Shown in pieces: positions 17,897 to 27,679 of a stretch of 64,000 nt of DNA (its first letter is position 1; every line of letters starts with the position of its first letter). The stretch spans positions 644,261 through 708,260 of the forward strand of contig CAVPCR010000002.1 of assembly GCA_963702435.1 (NCBI GenBank). The letters run 5' to 3'. The DNA is from Candidatus Eiseniibacteriota bacterium (GTDB lineage: Bacteria > Eisenbacteria > RBG-16-71-46 > CAVPCR01). Made by a program: the position numbers and the translations under genes. Below the pieces are notes generated by a model, which did no database searches, was not told the DNA's origin, and saw only the letters and a program-made list of their open reading frames with translations.

Positions 17897-19789
17897 TCAG
17901 AACGCCGACTCGAGCTGGACGTGCACCTTCCCCGAGAGCGGCGAGTCCCCCTCGCCGAGGGCGTAGTCGATGCCGACGAGACCGATGCGCGTCGCCAGGC
18001 GGAGCCCCGCGCCGTAGCCGATCTTCCAGAACTGGTCGGGCTCACCCGGCACGGCGAGGACGGTACCGCGGGTCGAGACGTGCCCGACATCCACGAAGCC
18101 CGCGAACCGCGAGCCGTCGGCGGTCAGGAGATAGCGCTGCTCGATCTGCACGAGCTCGACGTGCGCGCCGCGGAACTGCTCCTCGCGATAGCCGCGGAGG
18201 CTGGTGGCGCCGCCGAGCGGGAAGAGCTCGTAGTAAGGAACGATCTCCTCCTCGGTGCGGATCCCGGTGCCGCGCGCCCTGACGAAGCTCACCCAGCGCC
18301 GGCCGAGGGACTGCGCCCGCTCGATGTCGGCGCTCAGGATGAAGGAGCGATAGCGGAGCGGGTCGGCGTCCGGGGCCGGCACGAACTCCTTCTGCCCGAA
18401 GCTCACGTCGGCCGCGATCCGCATGCCGCGGGTCGGCGCGAGGCGCGAGTCGCGCACGTCCCAGGACCCGCCGACGAGGACCGCATCGCGCGTCGCGCGC
18501 CGCGCCGCCGTCCCCGACTCGACCGTTGACTCGTGCTCCCAGCCGGCCTGGGCGCGGAGGTCCGCCTGGAGATCGAACTCGCCGACGAGAGCGAGGAACG
18601 ACTGCGTGTAGAGCTCGCCCTGGATCGTGCGCCCGAGCTCGACGCGCGCGGTGACCGGCGAACCGAAGAGCCACGGCTCGGCATAGCGGATCCGGTAGAG
18701 CTCGACCCCGTTGCCGCGGCCTTCCCAGCGCGCGCTGCCGCGCCGGCCGGTGCCGGCGATGTTGGCGAGGGTCAGGTCGAAGAGCCCGGTCACGCCCCCC
18801 TCCTCACCGGCGTAACCGATCGCTCCGTTCAGGATGTTGGTCGAGCCGTCCCGGACGCGGATCAGGACCTCGTTCCGCGTGCGGTCGGCACCCTGGGCGA
18901 GCGCGATCGGCTCGACCGCGGCGAAGAGGCCCGAGCGCCTGAGCCGCGCCTCGGCCTCGTCGAGATCCTCCTGGGCGAAGGGCGCCCCGGTCTCGAGGCC
19001 GGCGATGCGCTCGACCACCCGGGGGCGGGTGACGCGGTTCCCCGTGACCCGGATCGCATCGATCGCGACCGCCGATCCCTCCTGGACCGCGAGGGTGAAG
19101 GAGACCGTGTCGTTCCAGGTGAAGTCGCGCGGCTCGACCGCCGCGTACGGGCGGCCCTCGTTCTCGTAGAGGGCGAGCAGGCGCTCGATGCCGGCCTCGA
19201 AGACGGCCGGGGCGAACGGCGCGCCCGGGCGCAGCCCGAGCATCTCGCCGATCTCCGCGTCGGAGTGCAGCTCGTTGCCGACGATGTCCACGGTGCCGAG
19301 GACGACGGGCGCACCCTCGTCGACGGCGATCGCGAGGCGAACCTGGCCGGCGGCGGCGGAGACGACCTCGACACCCGTCACCGCGGCGTGCAGCTGCCCG
19401 ACCTCGCGGTAGCTTGCGAGCACCTGGTCGAGCGCGCGTGCGAGCATCCGGCCCCGCCACGGCCGTCCGAAGGGCGCGGCGCCGCCCTCGGCGGCGAGCG
19501 CCTCGGTGATCGCCCGCTCGAGCGCGAGCGGCGAGAGCGCGTGCGTGCCCGTGAAGTCGAGCCCGGCGATCGGGGCGCCGGCGGCGACGAGCGAGTCGGC
19601 GGCGGGAAGCGCGTCCGCGGCGACGAGCGAGTCGGCGGCGGGAAGCGCGTCCGCGGCGACGCATCGGGACGCAGGAATCACGACGGCGAGGCCGGTCGGC
19701 ACGAGCACGAGCACGAGCGCGAGCGCGGGCGCGGCGCCGCGCAGCGACCCGCTCCGTACCGCCCTCGCCATGCTCGTCTTCATCGCCAC
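17897..19789 (-). CDS. Omp85 (BamA/TamA) family outer-membrane protein with POTRA domains
   Basis: Signal peptide; POTRA motifs (VDEGAP...IVGN, IRVTGNRVT); LGGATSLRGY; C-terminal F. Confidence 0.85.
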   Translation of the reverse strand: MAMKTSMARAVRSGSLRGAAPALALVLVLVPTGLAVVIPASRCVAADALPAADSLVAADALPAADSLVAAGAPIAGLDFTGTHALSPLALERAITEALAAEGGAAPFGRPWRGRMLARALDQVLASYREVGQLHAAVTGVEVVSAAAGQVRLAIAVDEGAPVVLGTVDIVGNELHSDAEIGEMLGLRPGAPFAPAVFEAGIERLLALYENEGRPYAAVEPRDFTWNDTVSFTLAVQEGSAVAIDAIRVTGNRVTRPRVVERIAGLETGAPFAQEDLDEAEARLRRSGLFAAVEPIALAQGADRTRNEVLIRVRDGSTNILNGAIGYAGEEGGVTGLFDLTLANIAGTGRRGSARWEGRGNGVELYRIRYAEPWLFGSPVTARVELGRTIQGELYTQSFLALVGEFDLQADLRAQAGWEHESTVESGTAARRATRDAVLVGGSWDVRDSRLAPTRGMRIAADVSFGQKEFVPAPDADPLRYRSFILSADIERAQSLGRRWVSFVRARGTGIRTEEEIVPYYELFPLGGATSLRGYREEQFRGAHVELVQIEQRYLLTADGSRFAGFVDVGHVSTRGTVLAVPGEPDQFWKIGYGAGLRLATRIGLVGIDYALGEGDSPLSGKVHVQLESAF

Positions 19790-19805
19790 AGCTCCCGTCT
19801 CCCGC

Positions 19806-22800
19806 CTAGAAGAAGATTCGAACCTCGAAGCGCGCCGTGTGCGTGAACGCGATCGCCGGCGGCTTCAGGCCCTCGACCCCGCCGGTCAGGGTGACGTGCT
19901 CGAAAGGCCGATAGTCCACGTTGACGCCGTACTCGCTTCGCTGGCCCGGCCGGCTCCCCGCGCGGTAGCTCGGCGGGAAGACGCCGGAGCGCTCCTCGTT
20001 CACCCGGCGATAGCGGAGATCGAGACGGGCCCGCTTCCAGTACGTGGTGGCGTTCGGCCCGATCTCGAAGGTGGTCGCCTCGGCGTTGCCGGTGCGCGCC
20101 TGCTCGATCGCACGGCGCAGGACGAAGCCGATGCGCACGTCGCGGCCCGGGCGGCCGGTCAGATCGAGGGCGGTGACCCCGGTATCGAGATCGAAGCGGC
20201 TCGCGGTGCCACCGCCGCCCGCCACCACCGCGGTCTCGGTCTCGGTGGCGCGGCCCCAGGTCTGCTCGAGCTCGGCCGAGAATGGAGCCCACGGCGCGGA
20301 TCGAAAGCGGATCCCGACGCCATGGGTGGCGAGATCCTTGCTCACGCCGGCGATCCGGTTGTCGAGCTCGTCCCGGCGCTCGCCGCGGAGGCGGAGGCTC
20401 AGGAGGCGGTTGTTCTCGAGCACGTCGAAGTCCTGGCGCAGGTAGGAGCTCCCGCGAAACGTGGCGTCCTCCCGCTGATAGCTGTCGGGAGAGAGGAAGT
20501 AGCGCGGGCTCGCCAGGTTGAGCCGCGTCAGCTCGTCGAGCTGGATGGTGGTCTCGGCGCCGAGCGCGGCGAGGACGCGCCGCCCCCCGGCGAGCGATGC
20601 GGGCGGGCCCAGAAACCGCCGCGGCCGCACCTCGAGGCGGGCGCCGACCCGGAAGCGGGTGCGCAGGTCGGGCGTCCCCGGGCCCACCTTGCGCAGCACG
20701 TAGTCGCCGCCGGGCCCGACGTAGCGGCCGTACTCGTCGTAGACGCCCTGCCCCTCCCCCGCGTAGACGAGCTCCTGGTCGTCCCCGCTCACGTCGGTCG
20801 TCGTCACGTCGGCATGGGTCTCGGACTCGACGCCGCCCCCCTGCGAGGAATGGACCACATCGAGCTGCACGAGATCCGAGACCTGCTCTCCGCCGCGGAG
20901 TCGATCCTCCGCGGTGCGGCGCGTGAAGCCGCCGCTCACCGACACCGCGCTCACCCGCGGGATCTCGAGGCGATAGCTCTGCTCGAACGCATCCACGGTC
21001 GGCGCCCACGGCGCCCCCGTCCCGATCGTGCGATCGCTCCGCCGGCGAAGGTCGACCGAGAACCGGGAGCGCGCCGGGAGCCGCACCTCGGTGCCGCCGC
21101 CGAACACGGTGTAGCCGAGGCCGCTCCGCACGGTGCCCCGCCACTCGATGCGCTCGTCACGCTCGTAGTGGGCGCGCGGCGTGAAGCGGCCGATCGCGGT
21201 CGAGAGCTCGCCGTACTCGTACGCGCGGTCGCGATCTGCCGCGAGCGCGGCGCTCGATTCCTCCGGTGCCCCGCTCGCCGCCGCTTCCTCGCCGCTCGTG
21301 CGCTCGAGCCGGAAGCGCCCGTTGAGCCGGCGCGCGAGAGTGATCGTGGTCCCGGTCCGCCGGCCGGTGTAGACATCGCTCTCGGTTCCGCTCAGATCGG
21401 CGCCGACCGTGAGGCCCGCGAGCGGCGTCACATCCACCCCGCCGTCGGTGAGCCGCTCGCCCCGCACGAAGGCGTTGGCGGGCGCGTTCCAGCCGTAGGC
21501 GTAGTCCGGCGGGCGGATGCGACCGAGGGTCCGGAAGTCCTCGCCGACATCGCGATAGCCGCCGCGCACCGCGATCCCGACCTCGCGACCGGCGAGCGTC
21601 ACCGTGGGTGCGTAGCCGGCGCGGATGCTGGTCGCCAGGCCTCCGTTGTCGAGATCGTCGACCGTGGAGAGCGTGTTCAGGTCGACCCCCGAGGCGGCGA
21701 GCTCGCCGGTGAGCTCGAGCGCTCCGACCCGGCCCTGCCCGGTGAAGTCCAGGACCTGGTGACTCTCGGGCGCCGAGAGGATGCGTCCCGGCTCGTAGGC
21801 GCCCGACCCAGTGCCCACCCAGCGGTAGGCGCGCGCCCCGCCCGCGGTGAGCGAATCGACGTAGTCGCCGGCGCCGACGCCGACGTTCAGGAATGTCACG
21901 CGGTATTCGCCGCGCCCGTCGCCCGCGTACTGGTAGCGGAGCGGCTCCCCGCCCGCGCCCCCGATCGCCAGGTAGTCGCCCTCGCCCGCGCCGACGAAGA
22001 TGCCGCCCTGCGCGGCCGTCGAGCGGAGCGTGTCGCCGGCCGCGGCGAGGGCCGCGCGCTCGAGATCGGTGAGCGGCGCGAGCGGATCGCCGGCATCGTC
22101 CGACTCGGAGACGACCGAGGCGCCGAGCGTGAACTTGCCGTCGAAGAGCGCGGCGCGCGCCCCGCCCACGTAGAAGTTCCGCTTGAACGAATCGGTCGTG
22201 TACTCGAAGTCGGCCGTGATGCGGGAATCGCGGGTGATGAGCCGGCGCGCGGTGAAGGTGATCTCGGCCCGGCTGTAGTCGATCGTGTAGTCGTTGTTCT
22301 CGCCGCGCGTCAGCCGCTCGCCGTTCAACCACACGGTCTCCGACCCGGCGACGACGACGATGTTCGCGTTGCCGGCGGCGTCGGCCAGCACGTACGGACC
22401 CTGCTTGCCCTCGACCGGCGGCACCGGGAGCGAGATGAACTCGCCCTTGGCGAGGGCCGCGGCCAGCACGAACTCGCGCCCGCCGGCCTTCCCCTCCCCC
22501 TTCACCCCGGAGAGCCGCTTCGAGTAGGAGAGGAAGCTGCCGCCGAAGGCCGTGACGTCGTAGTCGCCGAGGGTGGCGGCCATGCTCCGCGAGCGCACCT
22601 CGAGCATGACCTTGTCGAGCTGGTCCAGGGTCTCGGTGTCGCCGGCCGGCTGGAGCGGCAGGTCGCGGTCGGTCAGGATGGCGCGGAGCTCGACCCCGCT
22701 CGCCACCTCGCCGCTCACGTCGAGGTCGAGCGACTGGCTGAGGCTCGCATCGCGGTTCGAACCGACGCGCACCGCGAAGGTCTTGTTGCCGCGGATCTGG

Positions 22801-23333
22801 AGCCGCCCGCCGGCATCCGCGGTCGCCCCTCCCACCACCCGCTCTCGGCGCTCGATCGCGACCACGGTGTCCGGCGGCGCCGCGGCGGCGAGGTCGAGCG
22901 GCACCTGCTCGCGATGGGCATAGCGCGTGGCGAGCTGGAACGGGAAGTACTCGTAGTCGATCTCGAGCCGGGCCCCGAGGAACGCGCGCGGGTCGGGGAA
23001 GCTCAGGCAGGAAGCGGCGCCATCGAGCAGAAAATCACGCCCGGGGAGCAGCCGGTGGTCCCCGTGGCTCACGACGAGGCTTGCCGCATCGATGTGGCGG
23101 TGCTCGAGGCAGAGCCGTTCGCCGACGACCAGCGCGGAGACATGGGCGCGATCGAGCGCGCGGAGAGGGCGCGGCCGGCGCGCCGCCGTCGAGTCGCCGG
23201 CGGCCCCATCGCCCGCCGCCGCCCGGCTCCAGCCGCCGCTTCCGATCAGGGCGAGCACGAGCGCGGGAGCGAGTGCGCGCCCGAGCGCGCGGCGAGCGGC
23301 GCCGCGGCCGCCGTGTGCGCCCGCGTGCTTCAC
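19806..23333 (-). CDS. Large (~1175 aa) putative outer-membrane beta-barrel protein, uncharacterised FCB-type
   Basis: Signal-like N-terminus; GNKTFAVRVGSN...SLDLDVSGE...AILTD..LPLQPAGDT; GSETVWLNGERLTRGENNDYTIDY; alternating beta-strand pattern; ends RFEVRIFF. GTG start overlaps the NHL stop. Confidence 0.7.
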   Translation of the reverse strand: MKHAGAHGGRGAARRALGRALAPALVLALIGSGGWSRAAAGDGAAGDSTAARRPRPLRALDRAHVSALVVGERLCLEHRHIDAASLVVSHGDHRLLPGRDFLLDGAASCLSFPDPRAFLGARLEIDYEYFPFQLATRYAHREQVPLDLAAAAPPDTVVAIERRERVVGGATADAGGRLQIRGNKTFAVRVGSNRDASLSQSLDLDVSGEVASGVELRAILTDRDLPLQPAGDTETLDQLDKVMLEVRSRSMAATLGDYDVTAFGGSFLSYSKRLSGVKGEGKAGGREFVLAAALAKGEFISLPVPPVEGKQGPYVLADAAGNANIVVVAGSETVWLNGERLTRGENNDYTIDYSRAEITFTARRLITRDSRITADFEYTTDSFKRNFYVGGARAALFDGKFTLGASVVSESDDAGDPLAPLTDLERAALAAAGDTLRSTAAQGGIFVGAGEGDYLAIGGAGGEPLRYQYAGDGRGEYRVTFLNVGVGAGDYVDSLTAGGARAYRWVGTGSGAYEPGRILSAPESHQVLDFTGQGRVGALELTGELAASGVDLNTLSTVDDLDNGGLATSIRAGYAPTVTLAGREVGIAVRGGYRDVGEDFRTLGRIRPPDYAYGWNAPANAFVRGERLTDGGVDVTPLAGLTVGADLSGTESDVYTGRRTGTTITLARRLNGRFRLERTSGEEAAASGAPEESSAALAADRDRAYEYGELSTAIGRFTPRAHYERDERIEWRGTVRSGLGYTVFGGGTEVRLPARSRFSVDLRRRSDRTIGTGAPWAPTVDAFEQSYRLEIPRVSAVSVSGGFTRRTAEDRLRGGEQVSDLVQLDVVHSSQGGGVESETHADVTTTDVSGDDQELVYAGEGQGVYDEYGRYVGPGGDYVLRKVGPGTPDLRTRFRVGARLEVRPRRFLGPPASLAGGRRVLAALGAETTIQLDELTRLNLASPRYFLSPDSYQREDATFRGSSYLRQDFDVLENNRLLSLRLRGERRDELDNRIAGVSKDLATHGVGIRFRSAPWAPFSAELEQTWGRATETETAVVAGGGGTASRFDLDTGVTALDLTGRPGRDVRIGFVLRRAIEQARTGNAEATTFEIGPNATTYWKRARLDLRYRRVNEERSGVFPPSYRAGSRPGQRSEYGVNVDYRPFEHVTLTGGVEGLKPPAIAFTHTARFEVRIFF

Positions 23334-24310
23334 GGCCCCGCTGCCCTCTCGATCGCAAAGCGCGCGAGTCGGTCGTTCTCCGAGTCGGCGACGAAGAGCC
23401 GATCCCCGATCACGCACACGCCGGAGGGTCCGCGCAGCGAGCCGGGGCCGCGACCCTCGGCCCCCACCGCGCCGCGCAGCTTCCCGCTCGGCGCGAAGAC
23501 GAGGACTCGATGCGTCGCCTGGTCGGCCACGTAGACATCGCCGCTCCCGGATAGGGCGATCCCGATCGGCCGCCCGCCGCCCGGGAGCGGCCACTCGGCG
23601 ATGAAGCGGCCCATGAAGTCGAGCACCTGGACCCGCTCGTTCCCGGAATCGGCCACGTAGATGCGGTCACCCGCCGCGACCACCCCCTCCGGATCCTCGA
23701 ACGTCTGCGCCCCGGCGCCGAAACCTCCAATCACCTGGAGAAGGGCCCAGTCCGGCGCGAAGACGAGGAGCCGATCGCCCTCCGCGTCGGTGACGAGCAC
23801 GCTCCCCGAGCGCCCGACCGCGAGCCCGCGCGGATCGACCACGCCCAGGCGTTCCTCGAGATCGGGCCGCCGGAAATCGAGAGCAATTCCCTGGTACTCC
23901 CCCCGCGCATGGAACTGGTGGATGGCGAGCCCGAGCTGGTCGAGCACGTACACGGCGAGCCCGCTGGCCACGGCGGAGGTCGGCCGCCGGAGGACGCCCT
24001 CCTCGGTTCCGATGCCGCCGCCCTCCCAGAGCGGCGTCCCGGCGCCGTCGAGGCAGACGACCCGGCTGTTCCCGGTGTCGGCGATGAGGAGGCCGCCGGC
24101 GGCCGTCGGGGCGAGAGCGAGCGGCCGATGGTACTCGCCGGGGTTGGTGCCGCTCTGTCCGAGGAGCGCCTCGAAGCGGAGATTCACGGCCGCGGAGTCG
24201 GGCGGCGCGGCGACGGCGCTGCCGGCCGGCATGGCGAGACCGGCCGGCACGGCGAGGCCGAGGAGGAAAGCGGCCCGGGAGACCAGGAAGCGGAGCACCT
24301 CGCCGCTCAT
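23330..24310 (-). CDS. Secreted NHL-repeat beta-propeller protein
   Basis: Repeated P.G...IYVADSGN.RV units; start uncertain (alternative ATG at 24361). Confidence 0.82.
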   Translation of the reverse strand: MSGEVLRFLVSRAAFLLGLAVPAGLAMPAGSAVAAPPDSAAVNLRFEALLGQSGTNPGEYHRPLALAPTAAGGLLIADTGNSRVVCLDGAGTPLWEGGGIGTEEGVLRRPTSAVASGLAVYVLDQLGLAIHQFHARGEYQGIALDFRRPDLEERLGVVDPRGLAVGRSGSVLVTDAEGDRLLVFAPDWALLQVIGGFGAGAQTFEDPEGVVAAGDRIYVADSGNERVQVLDFMGRFIAEWPLPGGGRPIGIALSGSGDVYVADQATHRVLVFAPSGKLRGAVGAEGRGPGSLRGPSGVCVIGDRLFVADSENDRLARFAIERAAGP

Positions 24311-24435
24311 GCGATCGGAAGAGCGGATCGAGCGCCGCCGGCGCTCTCTGGGCATCGACATGGCGCAACCTCGTGGTGCGCGCGGGAACCGGCGCACGCG
24401 CTTCAAGGCGGCGCCCGCGCGCGGGCGGGAGCCGG

Positions 24436-25422
24436 CTAGAAGGTGTAGCGCACGCCGACGCGGCTGGCGCCGAGCGCGAAGTCGCTCTCGGCATAGGGCA
24501 TGACGGCGCCCCGGTCCGTGCCCCCGACCACCGGCTCGTCGTCCCGGTCCGCGGTCAGCCACACGGCGTGCATGACGCTCAGGATGCGCCCCACCACGAG
24601 ACCCGCGACGGCGTACTCCGAACGATGGTAGGCCGTCTCGCTGGCCACCCGGATGTCGCTGTACTCGAAGCGCCGATCATCCGATTCCCAGTCCCAGGCG
24701 AGGTCGCCGGTGATCTGGTTCTCGACGATGTAGGCCTCCTGCATCGCGCCATCGTCGGGATACAGCTCGCGCGCGAGCAGGCGGACCTCCATCTCGTTGT
24801 AGCTGTCCGGACCGCCCGGCTCGCCGGAGTGGTCGTACCTGGCCAGGCTGCCGTAGTAGTCGTTGGACTGCCCGCCCGCGTCGGCGACCCGCGCGAAGCG
24901 TTCGGCGTACTCGATGTAGTGGTCCTTCCGGTCGCCGCCCTGGACGCGGAAGATGGCGAGGCTCGTCCAGCACGCGGCCTCCCCGATCAGGAACGCCGTC
25001 CCCGTCCCCGTGCTACCGGCCTCGAGCTGGCCGAGCCCGGGGACGAGCGCCGAGAGGAGGATGATCTTCCCGCGCGAGGGGCCGCCCTCGTCGAGATCGG
25101 CCTCGACGGGCGCCGGCGTCGTCGGCTCGTCCTTCTCCTTGTCGTCGTCCTTGTCCTTGTCCTTGTCCTTGTCCTCGTCGTCGTTGCGGGTCGGATTGAC
25201 CTGCGCGAGATCGCCCCACTCCGACGGTTCGATCTCGAGCGGCGCGAAGATCGACGAGGTCGCGGACTTCCCGCCGGAAGGCGTTCCTGCCGGGACCGTT
25301 TCGGTCGCGCTCGACTCGGTGCCGGCGATGGCCGGCAGCGGCGCGCTCGCGACGCACGCGGCGAGGACGAGCCAGGCAAGCGGAATTGCACGGGCGAGGT
25401 CGGTCATTCTCATCATCGGCAT
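24436..25422 (-). CDS. Exported hypothetical protein (DUF5683-like SA..PG.G motif) with acidic (DK)n linker
   Basis: Signal peptide; LLSALVPGLGQLEAG; ends VGVRYTF. Confidence 0.65.
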   Translation of the reverse strand: MPMMRMTDLARAIPLAWLVLAACVASAPLPAIAGTESSATETVPAGTPSGGKSATSSIFAPLEIEPSEWGDLAQVNPTRNDDEDKDKDKDKDDDKEKDEPTTPAPVEADLDEGGPSRGKIILLSALVPGLGQLEAGSTGTGTAFLIGEAACWTSLAIFRVQGGDRKDHYIEYAERFARVADAGGQSNDYYGSLARYDHSGEPGGPDSYNEMEVRLLARELYPDDGAMQEAYIVENQITGDLAWDWESDDRRFEYSDIRVASETAYHRSEYAVAGLVVGRILSVMHAVWLTADRDDEPVVGGTDRGAVMPYAESDFALGASRVGVRYTF

Positions 25423-26498
25423 CAGAACTTGCGCTTGAACACGAGCTTGGCGCCAGGATTCGAAAAGGATCCCTTGATCTTCAGGTCCATGCTGACGCCC
25501 TGGGGCAGGTCTGCGTTGAAGCTCCGCGCGACCATGAGAGCGTCGAAGGCGGACACGAGGTGGTTCACGAGGACCACCATGGTGGCGCTGCGGGCCGTCG
25601 AATCGAGGGAGTTCCGATCATCCCGGAGACCGTTGTACGTGGAGTAATCGAAGTCCTGGGCGGCGGCTTGATCGGCCACCCAGGCCCGGTAGGCGGCTTC
25701 CTGGCCGGGTTGCGTGGGATCGGGCGGGCAGTTCAGGTCGATCGGGCAGTTCTCGTAGGTGAAGCTCCCATCCGACTGGACGTCAACGCCCCAGCCCGGC
25801 TTGTAGATGGGGTTCTTCGAGATGATCTCGTAGTACTCACCCTTGTCGTTCTCGTAGAAATTGTTGATGGAGTCAAGAGCTTCCTGGCAAGGCTGCCCGG
25901 GCTGGCCGACACAGCCGTCCTCGAAGGCGGCGATCGCGAAGTTGCCGTCGGCGTACGCGTAGAGCTCGTCTTCCTTGTCGTTGGCGCTCATCCGGTACGA
26001 CGCGAACGTGATCCAGGATGCCGCCTCGATGCCGAGGAAGATGTATCCGCGATTCGATCCGGCGTAGAGCTCGCCCATGCCCGGAAGGAGCGCCGAGAGG
26101 AGGAAGGCCTTGGTCGGGGACTTGGGGGCGACAGGCTCGAGATCCTCGCGGGTCAGTTCGATCACGGCCGAGGCTGGCTCGGACTCCCCCTCCGCCGGCT
26201 TCTTCTTTTTCGCCTCCTCCTCGTCCTCGATGACCCGCTGCGCGAGGACCGGGCCGGAGTCCGACCCGGGGAAGAGGCTCCGGAGGCCAAAGAGCGGCGA
26301 GGGGGATCGAGCGGAGAGGTCCGCCGAGGCCGGCAGGGCGAGGAGCGCCAGGCCGAGGAGAGCAGGGACTACGGTGGAGAGGACCGCCCTCGGCGACTCC
26401 GCGCGGATTCTTCCCCGCTGCGCAGCGGCCGGGATCCGCTTCGCCGCCTGCCCACCTCTGAGATCGCGCATCCTCTGCTGCATCATCCCTTCGAGCAT
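25422..26498 (-). CDS. Exported hypothetical protein (DUF5683-like), probable paralog of the downstream gene
   Basis: KSPTKAFLLSALLPGMGELYAG, YYEIISK, VNHLVSAFDA; ends KLVFKRKF; start uncertain. Confidence 0.65.
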   Translation of the reverse strand: MLEGMMQQRMRDLRGGQAAKRIPAAAQRGRIRAESPRAVLSTVVPALLGLALLALPASADLSARSPSPLFGLRSLFPGSDSGPVLAQRVIEDEEEAKKKKPAEGESEPASAVIELTREDLEPVAPKSPTKAFLLSALLPGMGELYAGSNRGYIFLGIEAASWITFASYRMSANDKEDELYAYADGNFAIAAFEDGCVGQPGQPCQEALDSINNFYENDKGEYYEIISKNPIYKPGWGVDVQSDGSFTYENCPIDLNCPPDPTQPGQEAAYRAWVADQAAAQDFDYSTYNGLRDDRNSLDSTARSATMVVLVNHLVSAFDALMVARSFNADLPQGVSMDLKIKGSFSNPGAKLVFKRKF

Positions 26499-26532
26499 GT
26501 CCTTGCGCCGGCCGGGCGTCTACTTCTTTTCT

Positions 26533-27504
26533 CTAGAAGCGAGCGTTGAAGGAGAAGCGGCTCACGCGATCGAGACCGGGAGCCTGCGGCACGCTCGCGT
26601 AGTCGAACGAGAATCCCTTGTAGCGGAGACCGAGCCCGAAGGAGGGACCGTTGATCGGGTCGATCTGCGAGAACCAGCCCTCGTAGACCCAGCCGAACCG
26701 CCCCGCCAGGTACTGCCCGAGCTGGTACTCCGCACCCACGTTGAGGAGCGGCCCGTCATCGACGCGCACGAAGGGCTTGTTGATGTCCCAGGCGAGGATG
26801 ACCGTGTGGTCCTCGCGCGCGAGGAGCCAGTAGCCGAGCCCGATCTTGAGATTGCGCGGGAGCGGATCCGACTGGTCCTCGTCGATGAAGGCCAGATCCG
26901 GGCCGATGTTCTGGAAGTTGAGAGCGGCGTTCAGGCGGTACCTGGGGATCCGCCAGAGGAGGGCGCCGTCGAGGGCCACCGTGGTCCCGCGCCCGTCGTG
27001 CCCGTCCTGGGTGACCGCTGCGGGGGCGAGGTCCACCCACACGAACTTGAAGTTCACGCCGACGCCCAGGTTCTCGATGATCTTGGTGCCGAAGGAAAAG
27101 GACGGCACCACCTCGTAGCTCGTGAACTCTCCGATCACCTGGCCCGAGAAATCTGTGGCGACGTTCTTGCCGTAGGTGAGGTAGATGAGATTGACGCCGA
27201 AGCCCCCTAGCCCCTTGATGGTCGACGTGAAGCCGAAGAACTCGTAGAAGACATCATCGGCGAGCCCGGGGACGAGCTGGCTGTGCATGAACGTGGCCTG
27301 GCGCTCCGACTCGAAGGCGAGGGCCGCCGGGTTCCACCAGCCCATGGTGGCCTCGTCGGACACCCCCACGTAGGCCTTCCCCATTCCGTTGGCGCGCGCA
27401 GAGGGTTCGATCTGGAGAGAGGCCGCGCCGGCCTCGGACTGGGCCTGAGCGGCCCCGGCCACCAGGGCGAGCGCAAGGAGCGCCCCCGCAAGAACGCGAA
27501 GCAT
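26533..27504 (-). CDS. porV: PorV/PorQ family outer-membrane protein (T9SS shuttle-like)
   Basis: SLQIEPSARANGMG...WWNPAAL, QNIGP, DPLPRNLKIG, GAEY, DYA; FadL-like barrel; directly downstream of porU. Confidence 0.8.
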   Translation of the reverse strand: MLRVLAGALLALALVAGAAQAQSEAGAASLQIEPSARANGMGKAYVGVSDEATMGWWNPAALAFESERQATFMHSQLVPGLADDVFYEFFGFTSTIKGLGGFGVNLIYLTYGKNVATDFSGQVIGEFTSYEVVPSFSFGTKIIENLGVGVNFKFVWVDLAPAAVTQDGHDGRGTTVALDGALLWRIPRYRLNAALNFQNIGPDLAFIDEDQSDPLPRNLKIGLGYWLLAREDHTVILAWDINKPFVRVDDGPLLNVGAEYQLGQYLAGRFGWVYEGWFSQIDPINGPSFGLGLRYKGFSFDYASVPQAPGLDRVSRFSFNARF

Positions 27505-27679
27505 CAACGATCCCTCCACCGAAAACTTGCGCCAATGAGTTGCGCGGTAATGACTTAACCCGCCTGCCATGCTATCACTCGGCACGGGATGGGTCAAACT
27601 CAAGAACTCCGGGGACCCGTGCCCCTGACAGCCCGACGATGTGGTCAACCCGCCTCGCAACAAGCGGTTGGCCCGGCTG

